Assembly (NCBI GenBank): GCA_907165135.1
Contig: OU015568.1
Span: forward strand, 1,550,001-1,614,000
Origin: Oikopleura dioica
Taxonomy: Eukaryota; Animalia; Chordata
Reading direction: 5' to 3'
DNA length: 64,000 bases
This document shows, in pieces, positions 32,034-43,189 of the stretch. Under the pieces are notes generated by a model. That model made no database searches, had not been told where the DNA came from, and saw only the letters and a program-made list of their open reading frames with translations. A program made the translations under genes and the position numbers. Numbering within the stretch: position 1 is the stretch's first letter; every line of letters begins with the position of its first letter.

Positions 32034-34637
32034 CTTTTGAAAAAAAATTGCTGAAAAAAAGAATTTTTCTCTGACAATAAAATAAGCTAAAGAAAGCCAT
32101 GTATTTTGCCGGCCCGGAAGAATTAAGATCTCAGTACTCTTCTGCTTGAACTTCTGCTCTGTCGATCGAGTTTGAAAAAACGTAATAAGGCGATTAGCCA
32201 AATCTCCAAAGAGTCAGCTAGACTCTCACAGACATGATGAGCTGGACTTGAATTTGACAAGCGAGAGAAAAACGCACTTTTTGCGCGTTTCGTTTTGAGC
32301 ACTAGAAAATAGAAGGCGAGGACAGAAAAGGCAGAAGTGTCACTTTTTGTACTTTCCGTCTTTTTGAGTCACGTGTGGGAATGTACACGTGCGGTTTGAG
32401 CAGCGGATTCTAGTGTGCAGATTTTTCAATGTGCGCGAGGCGAGTAACTGCAGCTGAACCACTTGAAAGATCTTGGAACGGGAACCGCAACTGTGAACTG
32501 GAGGGGGTAATACGAGGCTAACCAGAAACCTAGCGATTTTTAAAGGAAAATTGCCTGTCTCTGAAAGATTGCATTCTTACTTTTATCGAAGAAAACCATT
32601 TTTATATTGGAAAATTATTGATTGAAAATCCAAATTTCAAAAATAAGGGTATACCTTTGTTAATTTTTTGAAATTGAAAATTTTTGAAATCTTGATTTTT
32701 GATGCTTTATTTTTCAAAAAAATGATCATTTTTTCAATTAATAATGACCAGGATCGCTAACTAAGACCCTCATTTCGTTACTGACATCGCTGATGACAAC
32801 GTTGCTTATCAGGATATTATTTGATTTTGTCTTGTCTAATATGCCTTTCAAAAAAACGTGTGCGCACGTCTAGATCGGGCGGCGAAAATGAGATGAACTC
32901 GAAAGATAAAATGGCTTTTAGGGTTCTTTGCTGCCTTATCTCCAAGCAATGTTTTGTTTCCCTACTGTCACTGCTGTCTCAAAACCTTGGAGAGGCATTT
33001 CAAAAGCGCTGCCTTTTTCCGGAAAGAAGTATCTTCTTTCTAAAGTGAAATTAAAAAAAAGTTTTTTGAGAAAATGTTGAAAATTGTCAAAAAGTCGGAA
33101 ATGGCCAGTTTTAAATTTAGACACATTTCATAGTTAATTAACTTCATCATTTCGTCAATTCTATCAACACAAAAATCAACGTAAACGTAATTTTCATAAA
33201 TACGAAAAAACTCTCATAACGATTCCTAATGAGTCGTAATTAACGACAAATCCCATAAACAAAAATTAACTCCCCCTTTACATGTGTTTTTGTAATTGAT
33301 AATATGCCGAATGTTTATAAAAAAGGTAATTTGCTGACGTATTGATGATTGTCGGGAGGCTCCAGAAAAGAAGATGGAGGGAAAATAGAACCTTCCGAGG
33401 GGATGAGTTTTTACTTCCGGAATGTTGACTCGGCGTTCCCAAGACTGAAGCACAGAGTTTACAGACAATGATTGATGCAAACATTTCTTGTTTTTCTTCG
33501 TTTGAAATTGACTTAATGACTATAGACTATAGTATAAACTATAGTCTATAGTTTTTATTTAAAATTAAGGGTGAAGAAGCCAATGAGAAATAAGACCTAA
33601 GATTGAAAGCTCTAAAATTTTTTGAACTTTTAATGTCCCGGAAAATTTTGAAAATTTCACGACGATTCTTTTAAAAGGACACCTTTTCACTAACGCACAA
33701 TTTTCTTAAAATCATCTAAAAAACCAAAAGCTTGAACTTTTCAGTTGTCTGGGGCTTTCCCTTTCCATCAATAATCCTTTTAAAATTGCAATCTTTCGAG
33801 ACACTTGAGAGTCCTTTCTTTGTTTAGCTCCTGCTGAAAACAAATTTCAATGCTTGGTGTTTTACTAAGGATATGCCCTTAATTCAACGTCTGGGCTTAT
33901 TTCAATAAGCTCGTACAAATACGGGTTTTTCTCGCTCATTTCAACCCAAAAATTATTGGCTCAGACTTTCCAGACCCTGACTCAGGCTTCTTACGCAGGG
34001 TTACGGGCGCAGATTATTGGTTGGACACGGTGACAGTCAAAATTTGTCCGCGAAGGTCTCAAGGTAGCTCTTTTTCCCACCTGCGCTCAATTTTCCCGTG
34101 GCCTCGTTATTACAACCGACCGCGAAATACAACCTCGAGCTGCTTCTTATCTTCCTTGGTGTCAGTTCAAGCGCGATAAATTTATATTTCAGAGCGTCCT
34201 TTTCTTTCAGAAGCTTTTTAGAAAGTTTTTGTTCCTCAAAGCTTCAGCGTCAGCCCGTGATTAAAAAATTAAGGCCGTTCAAAAAATTAGCACTTGTAAT
34301 TCCTATTTGTTATGATCATTGATCGACTACGATGGACTGATCGACCTCGACGTGTAAAAATTAAGAGAGCACGTGCCTGAGCTTATCATCAACAACTCGA
34401 GTGTTTTTTGAAAGGAGCTATTATCGATTGAGGATAACGAGTATTTGTTGAGTCTGCAAATTGTCATTTTAATAATTGGAGTAGATCTAGAATAGCTAAA
34501 CGTGGTTCAATAATTGAATTGATCAATTTACCCCAACAATCGGAGTATTAGGTGGATGTTGAGGGATAAATAGGACGAGTTACAAATAGACTTTTTTTCA
34601 AGAGTTAACGCAGTAACGACCTTATTTTTGAGAGATA

Positions 34638-34785
34638 TCAGGAACCGACAAAAAATTTCGACAAATTTTGCGTTGAAATTTTCAACCAATCAGAAGCCTG
34701 AATTCGGAAAACCGGCCAATCAGCAGCCGAGTAGCCGCCCACGCGAAATTTGTCGATTTTTTTTGCCAGCTCCTGACGCTACCCC
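34638..34785. mobile_element. ~150-bp MITE-like repeat, copy 2 of the 15674 family
   Basis: TCAGGAACCGACAAAAAATTTCGACAAAT...CCAATCAGCAGCCGAGTAGCCGCCCACGC...CCTGACGCTACCCC aligns end to end with 15674-15822. Confidence 0.75.
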
Positions 34786-36289
34786 CTTATTTTCCGTCAG
34801 GAGATTTTGGATGATAAAGGCACCCATTTTTCTTTACCGGAAAATGAACTTTATTTTGATAACCGAAGCTTACGGTGCTGGATTTTGCCCCGCTTGTGGA
34901 ACTTTTCAAAAGGGGGTGATTTGCCTTGGTTAGAGTGGCACCTGGAGGTATCCTTCTATCTTATCCCAACGTAATCAAGTGCTCGAGCTTGACTCCAAGG
35001 AATGAGCTCAAGAAGAATAACTATGCTCGATTAGGCTCTAGATAAGCGAGGTTACCCTGCGATAATGTACAAAATGACGACTGTGGCAAAACTCGGGCAG
35101 ACAGTAATGAAAGCCTTTCTAACTCAATAGCTGTTCCTGGGATAGTTATTCACTGTCAAATTCAATGACAGTTTTGAGCGCGTTTCCATGATGAATTTCA
35201 AGAAAAGGCCGATAATAGGGAGACCCTTACGAAAGAAGTCCTCATCGATGTCATCATTTTATTGGCTTCGTAATTCTTCAATAGACTCGATTTGAAAAGC
35301 CCATATTCTTAAAAATTGGTTTCTTTCTGAATTTCAGTTTTAGTAAAGTCATCTTTTGAAACTCGAAAAAAGCCAAATATACAGATTCCTCGTTAGATGC
35401 GCGTTGCGCATATTTTTTCTCAATTTTGCGCTAAGCGCCGCGCGAGCGCCCTCGGAGGGTTCTAGATTTTCTCTTTCCGCTCTGCGCGTCCTTGGCTCTG
35501 ATCGCGACTCTACCAAGAAAAAATTCAAACAAGTCGAAAACTATTGTATTTATTTTTTATTTATCCTTTCTATCAAAAAAGAGAGTTTCATTATCAAGGA
35601 AGACATAAAGAAGGAAAAAGAAAATTGAGAAAAGAAGATGATAAAGGAAAATTGGAAGCTAATAGCATTGACAGTAAGCAACTGATTTTATTTTTAACTC
35701 ATGGCGATGATCTGACCAATTTTTTGGCAGAAGAAATTTTGGCCAGTTTTTCTTCGATCGAGGACATTTTCGGACATCTCCGGACATTTTTCAATTTTGG
35801 AAAAAAATCAAAAAATTTTTCTATTAAAAAATCGGCTTCTTTTTTCAGGTCTTCCTATTTTCTTCAAAATTGAGGCTCCCTATCCATTTTCTCCTAAAAA
35901 TAAGGACGCAATGAGTCAAATTAGAATTGGAAAAGAATTCGCTGATCGAGCATATTAAAACACACAATCAAGATAAAGAAATAATGATGGTTATTAACAG
36001 AAAGCTTTCGTACGTAAAAGGAAGTCGTTAGCCGCCACAAAAATGGTAGCCAACGCATTGAGGTTAATTATAGCAAGTGGGCGTTCTATTGAGCTAAATC
36101 AATCTTTCGCAAAATTTGCTGCCTTCAGTTAGAAACCGCGCGATGATCTCATATGCAGATTCAGGTTCCAAGCTAATTTTGAGCCATTCTCGTTTTTTTC
36201 TGATTCAAAATGAACTTTATAATAATTGAAAAAAAAAGTGAGCAATAATTATTTGACAAGAATTTTTCCGGATTCTTAGCGAAATTGAC

Positions 36290-37165
36290 CGAGCATTTTT
36301 AAATGAAATAGAGAGAGAGTCTTCTTGGAAGATTTGTAAGACCTCGATTGCCTACCATTGACCTTAGTGAGTTCTCGTTAGGAAAAGTGAGGGAGGTTCT
36401 TGATTTTCGATGTAAGGGATGTATGAGTTTTTCGGAAAAGGCAGGGCCTCTTGAATTTTCGAAATTTCTGACGGAGAGCGAATAATTACTGAAGGTTTTG
36501 AGTCAGCTTTATAATGAATTAAAACATTCATTTGTCAAAAGAAAAGTATGATTATGGTCTTTCAAATCTTCAAGAAAAGATGAAATATTTGATATTGAGA
36601 GAATTTTTCCGTAAAGTCAATAAAGATTTTGCGGCTTCAGCAGACGAAATTTAAGCGGCAGCTAGCGCGGCTTTTTCTTCTATAAATCTCGGAGAAGTAA
36701 GCGGCCTTTCAATGGAAAAATATTAGGAATAATAAAATTATAGAAAAAAAGTAAATTTTGCGAAAACGCTCCAAAAAAGATTATGCAGGAAGCGGTAGAC
36801 AGCACCAAGTCAAGTAAAAAATGCATTTTCAATCGGTCAAGCGCTGTTTCCGGAGGTTATGGCTTTAGAATAACGCATTTTCTTTTCTCGACTCGAAATG
36901 ATTCCAGACATTCCAAATTAAAAAAATGATGATCTTTCAGTCTTCGTTGGACCACTCCTCCAACGCCAAGTACTTCTGAGGAGAGCATTTTTTTCGTGCT
37001 TTCCGCAAGCGCATGTTTCCAACTAGCGATGGAGTAAACTATGCTCTTAGTCGCAGAAAAATGCGGTAAATTAAAAAAAACCTTTAGAAAGATAGAGTCG
37101 ATTTCCTTTTTGCTTATTTCAAATATACGATCCAAAATTCCTTGATCAATTTTCTGAATGCACAT
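36290..37165 (-). pseudogene. Probable degraded gene of unknown family
   Basis: A 102-aa ORF (36857-37165) is followed by protein-like stretches in shifted frames (RKIFIDFTEKFSQYQNISSFLEDLKDHNH; IHYKADSKPSVIIRSPSEISKIQEALPFP) separated by frameshifts and stops. Confidence 0.3.
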
Positions 37166-37248
37166 TTTTTGAAGAAAAAAAAACAGATATAAAAATATTC
37201 CGCGATAATCAAAATTATCGGCCTCGGCTCAACAACCTGTCTTTAAAA

Positions 37249-37401
37249 CCGTAGTCAGGGTCGAAAAGCTGCGGAGCGGCTTCGCCATGATTTTAAATTA
37301 TATTTGAAATATGATACGTATCTCGAAGCCGCGTCGCGGCTACGCTGTTATAAAAGCCGCTCGCGGCTTTTCATGGAGAATCTATCAGACCCTGCCTCAG
37401 G
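37249..37401. mobile_element. Degenerate member of the CCTGAGTCAGG-TIR MITE family
   Basis: CCGTAGTCAGGGTC...GACCCTGCCTCAGG ends with internal AAGCCGC/GCGGCTT hairpins as in 29498-29688. Confidence 0.6.
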
Positions 37402-37888
37402 TTTTCTTCACAGGTTGCCGAGCCCTCATTTTATATCTTACTTTGAAAATAATTATCTTCAATAATTGCTCTACTGGTAATATGTTGAAATCGCAATTTC
37501 TTTCGCGTTTTGTCAGCAGTGGTCCACGTTTTTGTTTCTATTAATTTTCCAATTGAGAGAAAGAGGATAACACGCTTGCGTTTTAATGTTAGAGCCTCTG
37601 TTCCCAAAACACAGCTCTCTACTTAGACTCTTTTTACAAATGAAAGCACTTTGCTATTTATGGAGAGCGGGATCTACTCAAGAATAAGGAGCTTTCCCCA
37701 TTTTTATTCGAAAAAAAATATTTTTGGCTGCTTCTTTATCTTTTTTGAAAAAAATCATTTTTTATTATTAAATTTTTTTAATTAATTATTTTCAATTATT
37801 TAATTAAATAAAAATATTGAGAATCTAAGAAAATATTTTACGAATAAAATTTTATTTTATAACTTGAATAAAAAATATTTTCTTTTAA

Positions 37889-38263
37889 GGGGGTCGACGA
37901 GAATTTTTTCCGGTGTGATCGTAATTTTGCTTATACACATAGCCTGCATATAAATCTTATATTTTTGGAATCTACAGATCCTCCCGAATCTGTTGAGCCA
38001 AAAATCATTTGATAAAAATTAGATATAGGTGGTGAAATGAACAAAATTGTAAAAAAATTGACCATTTTTGGTGCATTTTTGCGAAAATGCCCCTACTTTG
38101 ACGGGATTTTTGACCGATTTTTTCTGGTCAAAATTTTTTCTAGTTTCCGCCGGTTAATTTTTTCAACCCTTTTCTATTTGCAAGGAAAATTAGATTTTGC
38201 CTATCTAATCAGGTTTTCCCGCATTTTTGGTCACGGAAATCCCAATTCTCGTCGACCCCCTCC
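37889..38263. mobile_element. TTAA-flanked MITE (GG termini, Kolobok/PALTTAA-like), copy 1
   Basis: TTAA|GGGGGTCGACGAGAATT...AATTCTCGTCGACCCCCTCC|TTAA; TTAA at 37885-37888 and 38264-38267. Internal sequence is repeated at 41884-42860. Confidence 0.85.
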
Positions 38264-39688
38264 TTAAGTTTAATTTTAACGCAAATTTTTTATTAAAAGT
38301 AGTTCAAATTCACCTTTATTCAATATTTAACAGATCAAAATTCAACAAAACAGCTGTTGTTTTTTTGATAAATATTCAAGCCATTTTCTTGTTCCAAGAA
38401 AACCCGCTTAGGTCAAGGTCAAAAAGATTGCGCGATCAACCCTGGTCGAGCGACCGTTCTAAATTACGCTGGTGTTTTTCTGCAAACATCGATGATCGAA
38501 TATCGGGCCAGGAACATGTGTAATTGCAAAAGCTAAAATTTACCCTTGCGTAAGGCAAAATTAGATGTTTTGGGTGGGGACACCAAATTGCGACGCAACG
38601 GCACTTTTGACTTTCAACATTGCCAAGAGTTCTTTCGTGGAAAGGATTTTTGCAAAAAATTTTAGTTCTCGCATTATCTTAATAATTATTTATCGAGAAT
38701 CTGAGGACTTATCAACTTCTAGTGTATACTGACTGGTTTTGATTTTGCTTTCTGAATCTCAATCGAGTTGCTCGAAAAAAAGTATCTCTCCAGGGGCGTT
38801 TTCCTTTGCTTATGATTTTTTTATTTTCGTATCTAGAATCATTCCTCGATTTCGTTATTTTTTCCAAGTTGCTTTTTTTTTATAATTTTTTGTACGTCTT
38901 GATTGTCAAAAGAAGACAGCAAGGAATCATAAAACGTCACACATTGCGTGTGTAAAATCAAGTTTGAACTTTCATGCTTAGATTTGATTTAGAAAAATAG
39001 ATCTAGATAAAATTTCAATCATTATTTTTCAGGTGCTGACATTTCTACAACTCAGTCGAAATTTATCAACGCTTAATGACGAGCTCAATCCTTCGCTCAA
39101 ACTGCTCTCAATTGGTGGAATATCTTTGCTTGTCTTGAGTTTGCTGAGCTCTCTTTTTCAGGAAAGGTTCATGAAATCTTGCGACGTGATGTTTTTCTTG
39201 AGAAATTGCGTGTTTTCCGGGGCAGAAATATACGGGGTACAATTTGCGGTTTTGTATTATTTTCTTTGCGTTTTTATCCACGGTTTTCGACTTTTTTTAG
39301 CAATAATACGGTATTTTCGTTAAGAGAGTGATACCCTTAAGAAACTCACCCGTTCAAATGGTGACCCCAATAATAAGAGGGGTACTTTCTTTTGAGAAAA
39401 AAAATGTTGCTGAAGAAAGAGTAAAATAACGCGCCCTTGATTCTTGAGAACCTGATTGTAGCTGGTAACAACGATGTCAGCTAAATTCCAGCTTTCGCGT
39501 GAAAATTTCAAAATTGGCGCCTGCGTCTGGTTGTTTATAAATGTCTGCGCTGCGCTGTGGAGTTTTATACGTAAGTACAAAATTGCACACTTCTAAATTA
39601 AAATTGCGTAAATCTGAATCTTAGCCACCTCTTTTTTTTTCAAGAGAGAGGGAAATAACTTTTTTCATTATGTAACCATTTTGTCTAG

Positions 39689-39963
39689 ACTCGATTTTTC
39701 TGACGATGCTTTCGCTAAGTTCGCCGACCGCAGCGGGCGAAATCCTCTTAGAAGAGAAAAGCGTCGAAACCAAAGCTGGCGGAGAGGAAGAGATTACAGC
39801 TATCGAAGAAGCTGTAACTCTAGAAACGGAAGAAGGCACTTCGAGAGCTCCATTCTTGATAAGCTGGATCCTGACGTTTGCCTTTGCGACTTTGACGGTG
39901 CTCATTGCGATGGAATTAATCAAGAAGACGAGAGAAGTGGATCAAATTTATAAAGAAACAAAT
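39689..39963 (+). CDS. Exon of an unknown single-pass membrane protein
   Basis: Acidic stretch followed by TM ISWILTFAFATLTVLIAMELI, bounded by ctag and gtaagt. Gene limits unresolved. Confidence 0.35.
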
Positions 39964-40900
39964 GTAAGTTTGTCAACGGCATTTTATTTGAATCTTGATC
40001 ATGATTATGATTCAGTAATAACATGAGAAATTATATTTACGACCTGTACGGATTAATTTCGAAGCCTCGAATGATCCGAATAGGAATATTATTTATAAGC
40101 GATAGTTATTTTGAAGCTTATGGTTCTTCATTTATTATAGAATTGCGATTGAAGCATTTTCTATTTTTCTCATTAACATCCACAAAACTCCATCATTTGG
40201 CAACAATCTGTAATCTTGGCTTCATATTTCTTCTCGCCGAGTTTCTTTCCGCATTTGATGCAATAATGATTCTTGTCCTAAAAATTGTATTATGAAACAG
40301 TTTTTCTTCAAATTAACCCAACCTTGTGCTTGTCACCCACGAAAACCAGAAGTCCAAAAGGTCCCAAAAAAGAAAAGAGACAGCAGAGTTTCCAAGTTCC
40401 TTTTCCAGCTTTGCTTTTTACAATGCTCAGCCCCTGGAAACACATTTACGCACGGTTCAACGAAAATTCCAAAGACGTGTTCTTACATTGAATCCACAAC
40501 TTGAACACTTCCTTATTTCCCGAACATTTCCGAAAAGTGGAAGTGGTTCGCGCTCCTCCGTCATTTTTGAAAACTAAAGATGAAATTCAACAATAATTAC
40601 GACCGTTTTACTGATTCTAGAGTTGCAATTCATCTTTTTTTTCTAAACTCAATTTTTCAAGGGGCATGTTATCCGCCATTAACTACGTAAGTTTGTGCTA
40701 CTCTCCTAACCGACGACCTCTTACAACAGCTAGACTCGCGAGTACACCCTCAAGACAACAAGTGCTGAGCCCCGTGTAAAACATAATGAAAAAATTTTCC
40801 GAGAGATTTATTTTTCTTCTCGTCAAATGACGCCACTCTTTTGTCTCCCAGAAAAATGACGATAGAATGATAAAAAAATGCTCAGCAATTTCAACCAATA

Positions 40901-41030
40901 AAAAGTGACTCTAAAAATCGAGAAGCCGCTTGCGGCTTCGAGCAATAAATGAAATAGCCGCGCTTCGCGCGGCTTCATTTTTGTTAAGCTCGAAACCGCA
41001 AGCGGCTTCTCGATTTGTAGTGTTACTTTT
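40901..41030. repeat. 130-bp palindromic element with AAGCCGC-N-GCGGCTT hairpins
   Basis: AAAAGTGACTCTAAAAATCGAGAAGCCGCTTGCGG...CCGCAAGCGGCTTCTCGATTTGTAGTGTTACTTTT inverted arms. Confidence 0.7.
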
Positions 41031-41256
41031 TAGTGGCTGAAATGAAATATGTAAGATTAGGTGAAATTATTTGCTATCAGAGTGAAAAACAGAACGGTCC
41101 TTTCTTATTGTTTTGTCATGGGAAGTGTTTTATGCAAATTACGAGTCGGATGACGGTGCTGCATAAGTTGATATTTATCAAACATTCACAACAGGATACA
41201 GGCGTTGGCCCCTAAGACTCAACACGCGTGTCGATTTTTTACCTCATCTATTTCAG

Positions 41257-41478
41257 GCACGAGAATCGCCAGCTCAAAACCAGCCAGTTGGAGAAGGCAA
41301 GAAGGGAATCTCATCAGAATCAGCGGCGGCAAATGACGTGGGCTACTGGTCGGATTCGGCTCCAGGAACGTCCTCGAATACGTCCATCTCCGAAAAGGTC
41401 ACGAACTCGCCGAATCAATTCGATCAATCCGATGCAAATTCGACGCGACAATACACGGAAATAGAAGGACAGGCTTAG
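41257..41478 (+). CDS. Probable terminal exon of an unknown gene
   Basis: A GC-richer island after tttcag reads open as ARESPAQNQPVGEGKKG...YTEIEGQA*. A second frame is also open, so the frame is uncertain. Confidence 0.3.
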   Translation, partial: ARESPAQNQPVGEGKKGISSESAAANDVGYWSDSAPGTSSNTSISEKVTNSPNQFDQSDANSTRQYTEIEGQA

Positions 41479-41883
41479 AATACGAATTTCATCAAATTTC
41501 AAAGAGTCGAAAATAAATCCACCTTTTCGCCAGATCAAAAAAGAGGGGGGATAAGATTCTGAACTGTCTGAACTCTAAAATTGACGTTGAGTACCTCCGG
41601 GCGATGAATATCGCGTCTTTCGCCAAGTGCTGAAATGTCAAAGTGTCGAGCAGGCATTTTACCCGTGTACACATCAGCGATGACAGTTTTCAGCTAAACG
41701 CGTACTCACGTGCTTTTGACGGTGATTTTCTGACAATGAGGCTCACTAACTACAGTTTCTGCCTAAGATTTAAGTTCAAATACTTTTGAAGTAACTCTTT
41801 TAATCGTTTATCGACCTTTTATTTTGAAGAATCTTCAAAAAAATCGTCAAAAATCGTCAAAGAATCTTAAAAAATCGGCTTAA

Positions 41884-42860
41884 GGGAGGAGGGTCGACGA
41901 GAATTTTTTCAGGGGTGATCGTAATTTCGCTTATACACATAGTCAGGATATGAATCTTATATTTTTAGAATCTACAGATTCTCCCGAATCTGTTGAGCTT
42001 AAAATCATTTGATAAAAATTAGATTTAAGGGTACGGGTGTCGGCGAGGCTCTAACTAGGGCTCAATTCCTCGTGATACAGAAGTGGTGGAAAAAATTCGC
42101 CTACATAAGAGCAAAGATCCATCCTAGTTCTACATTTTGTCAAGAGGAAATTTGGATTTATAAACAATTTTTGTTTTAAAAATTGGCTTTAAGTCGTGAT
42201 CTCGACCTAAAATGGTGAAAATGGGCCTAAAAGAGGCTTCAATTCCGAAGAAATGAGCCTGTAAACATACCTTTTTTATATTTTTATGTAAAAATTCAGA
42301 CTCTTATCTTAATTTTGTCAAGAGATTTTTGAGATTGAATTACATTTCGTCTGGAATTTAATTTTTTGAAAAAAACCATCCTTGTTATTACACCGAAAAT
42401 TAGCATTTTTTGAAACTGAGCGACACATTTTCGGCTCTAAAAATGTTTTAAGACAGATTCACGTAAAACCGAGAATATCATGATGATCCTCATTCTCTAA
42501 GCTTTCTAAAAAGCCCCGGATGAAAAAAATCTGAGCCGAAAATTTTTTTTCGGCAATTTTTTACGAGAGCATAACTCGTAAAATAACAATGATAGCAGCT
42601 GACAATTAATTATGACTCGAGCTTAAATTTTCTGTAGATTCTATAAAATACTTTGCTTTTATACACATTATATTATTACGGGCGATAGAAAGCCGACACC
42701 CGTACCCTTAAGGGTCGAAATGAACAAAATTGTAAAAAATTGACCATTTTTGGTGCATTTTCGCGAAAATGGCCCTACTTTGACGGGATTTTTGACCGAT
42801 TTTTTCTGGCCAAAATTTTTTCTAGTTTTCTCCGCCTGATTTTTACAACCCTTTTCTATC
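41884..42860. mobile_element. TTAA-flanked MITE copy 2 (right TIR missing), host of a nested element
   Basis: 41884-42024 and 42712-42860 align with the left and middle parts of 37889-38263. Confidence 0.8.
42029..42707. mobile_element. Nested 679-bp TTAA-TSD non-autonomous DNA transposon
   Basis: Perfect 16-bp TIR GGGTACGGGTGTCGGC / GCCGACACCCGTACCC, flanked by TTAA at 42025-42028 and 42708-42711. Confidence 0.9.
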
Positions 42861-43189
42861 TACCAGTGAACATAAAATATCATAAAACAACCAACAAATG
42901 AGCCAAAATTGATATTATAGTCTCAAAATCTAGCATTCGAGTCATATCTGCTAAAATCAAGCAATATTATCTCGGTTTTCTCATTGTTAATGACTCATTT
43001 TCGGCAATCTTTGCCAAGTTTCTGAATCTCAGTCGACCAATTCTGACAGAAAATTGCGTCTTCTGGTCGACGGTCTTGGACAGGCCCAACTGACAGTAGG
43101 AAAATATTTGAAAGTCAAGTGCGGTCTAAGCTCATTTTCCCCTCCCCACACGTTTTCCTAAAAACCGCCAAGCTCCGCTCCATTTCACT

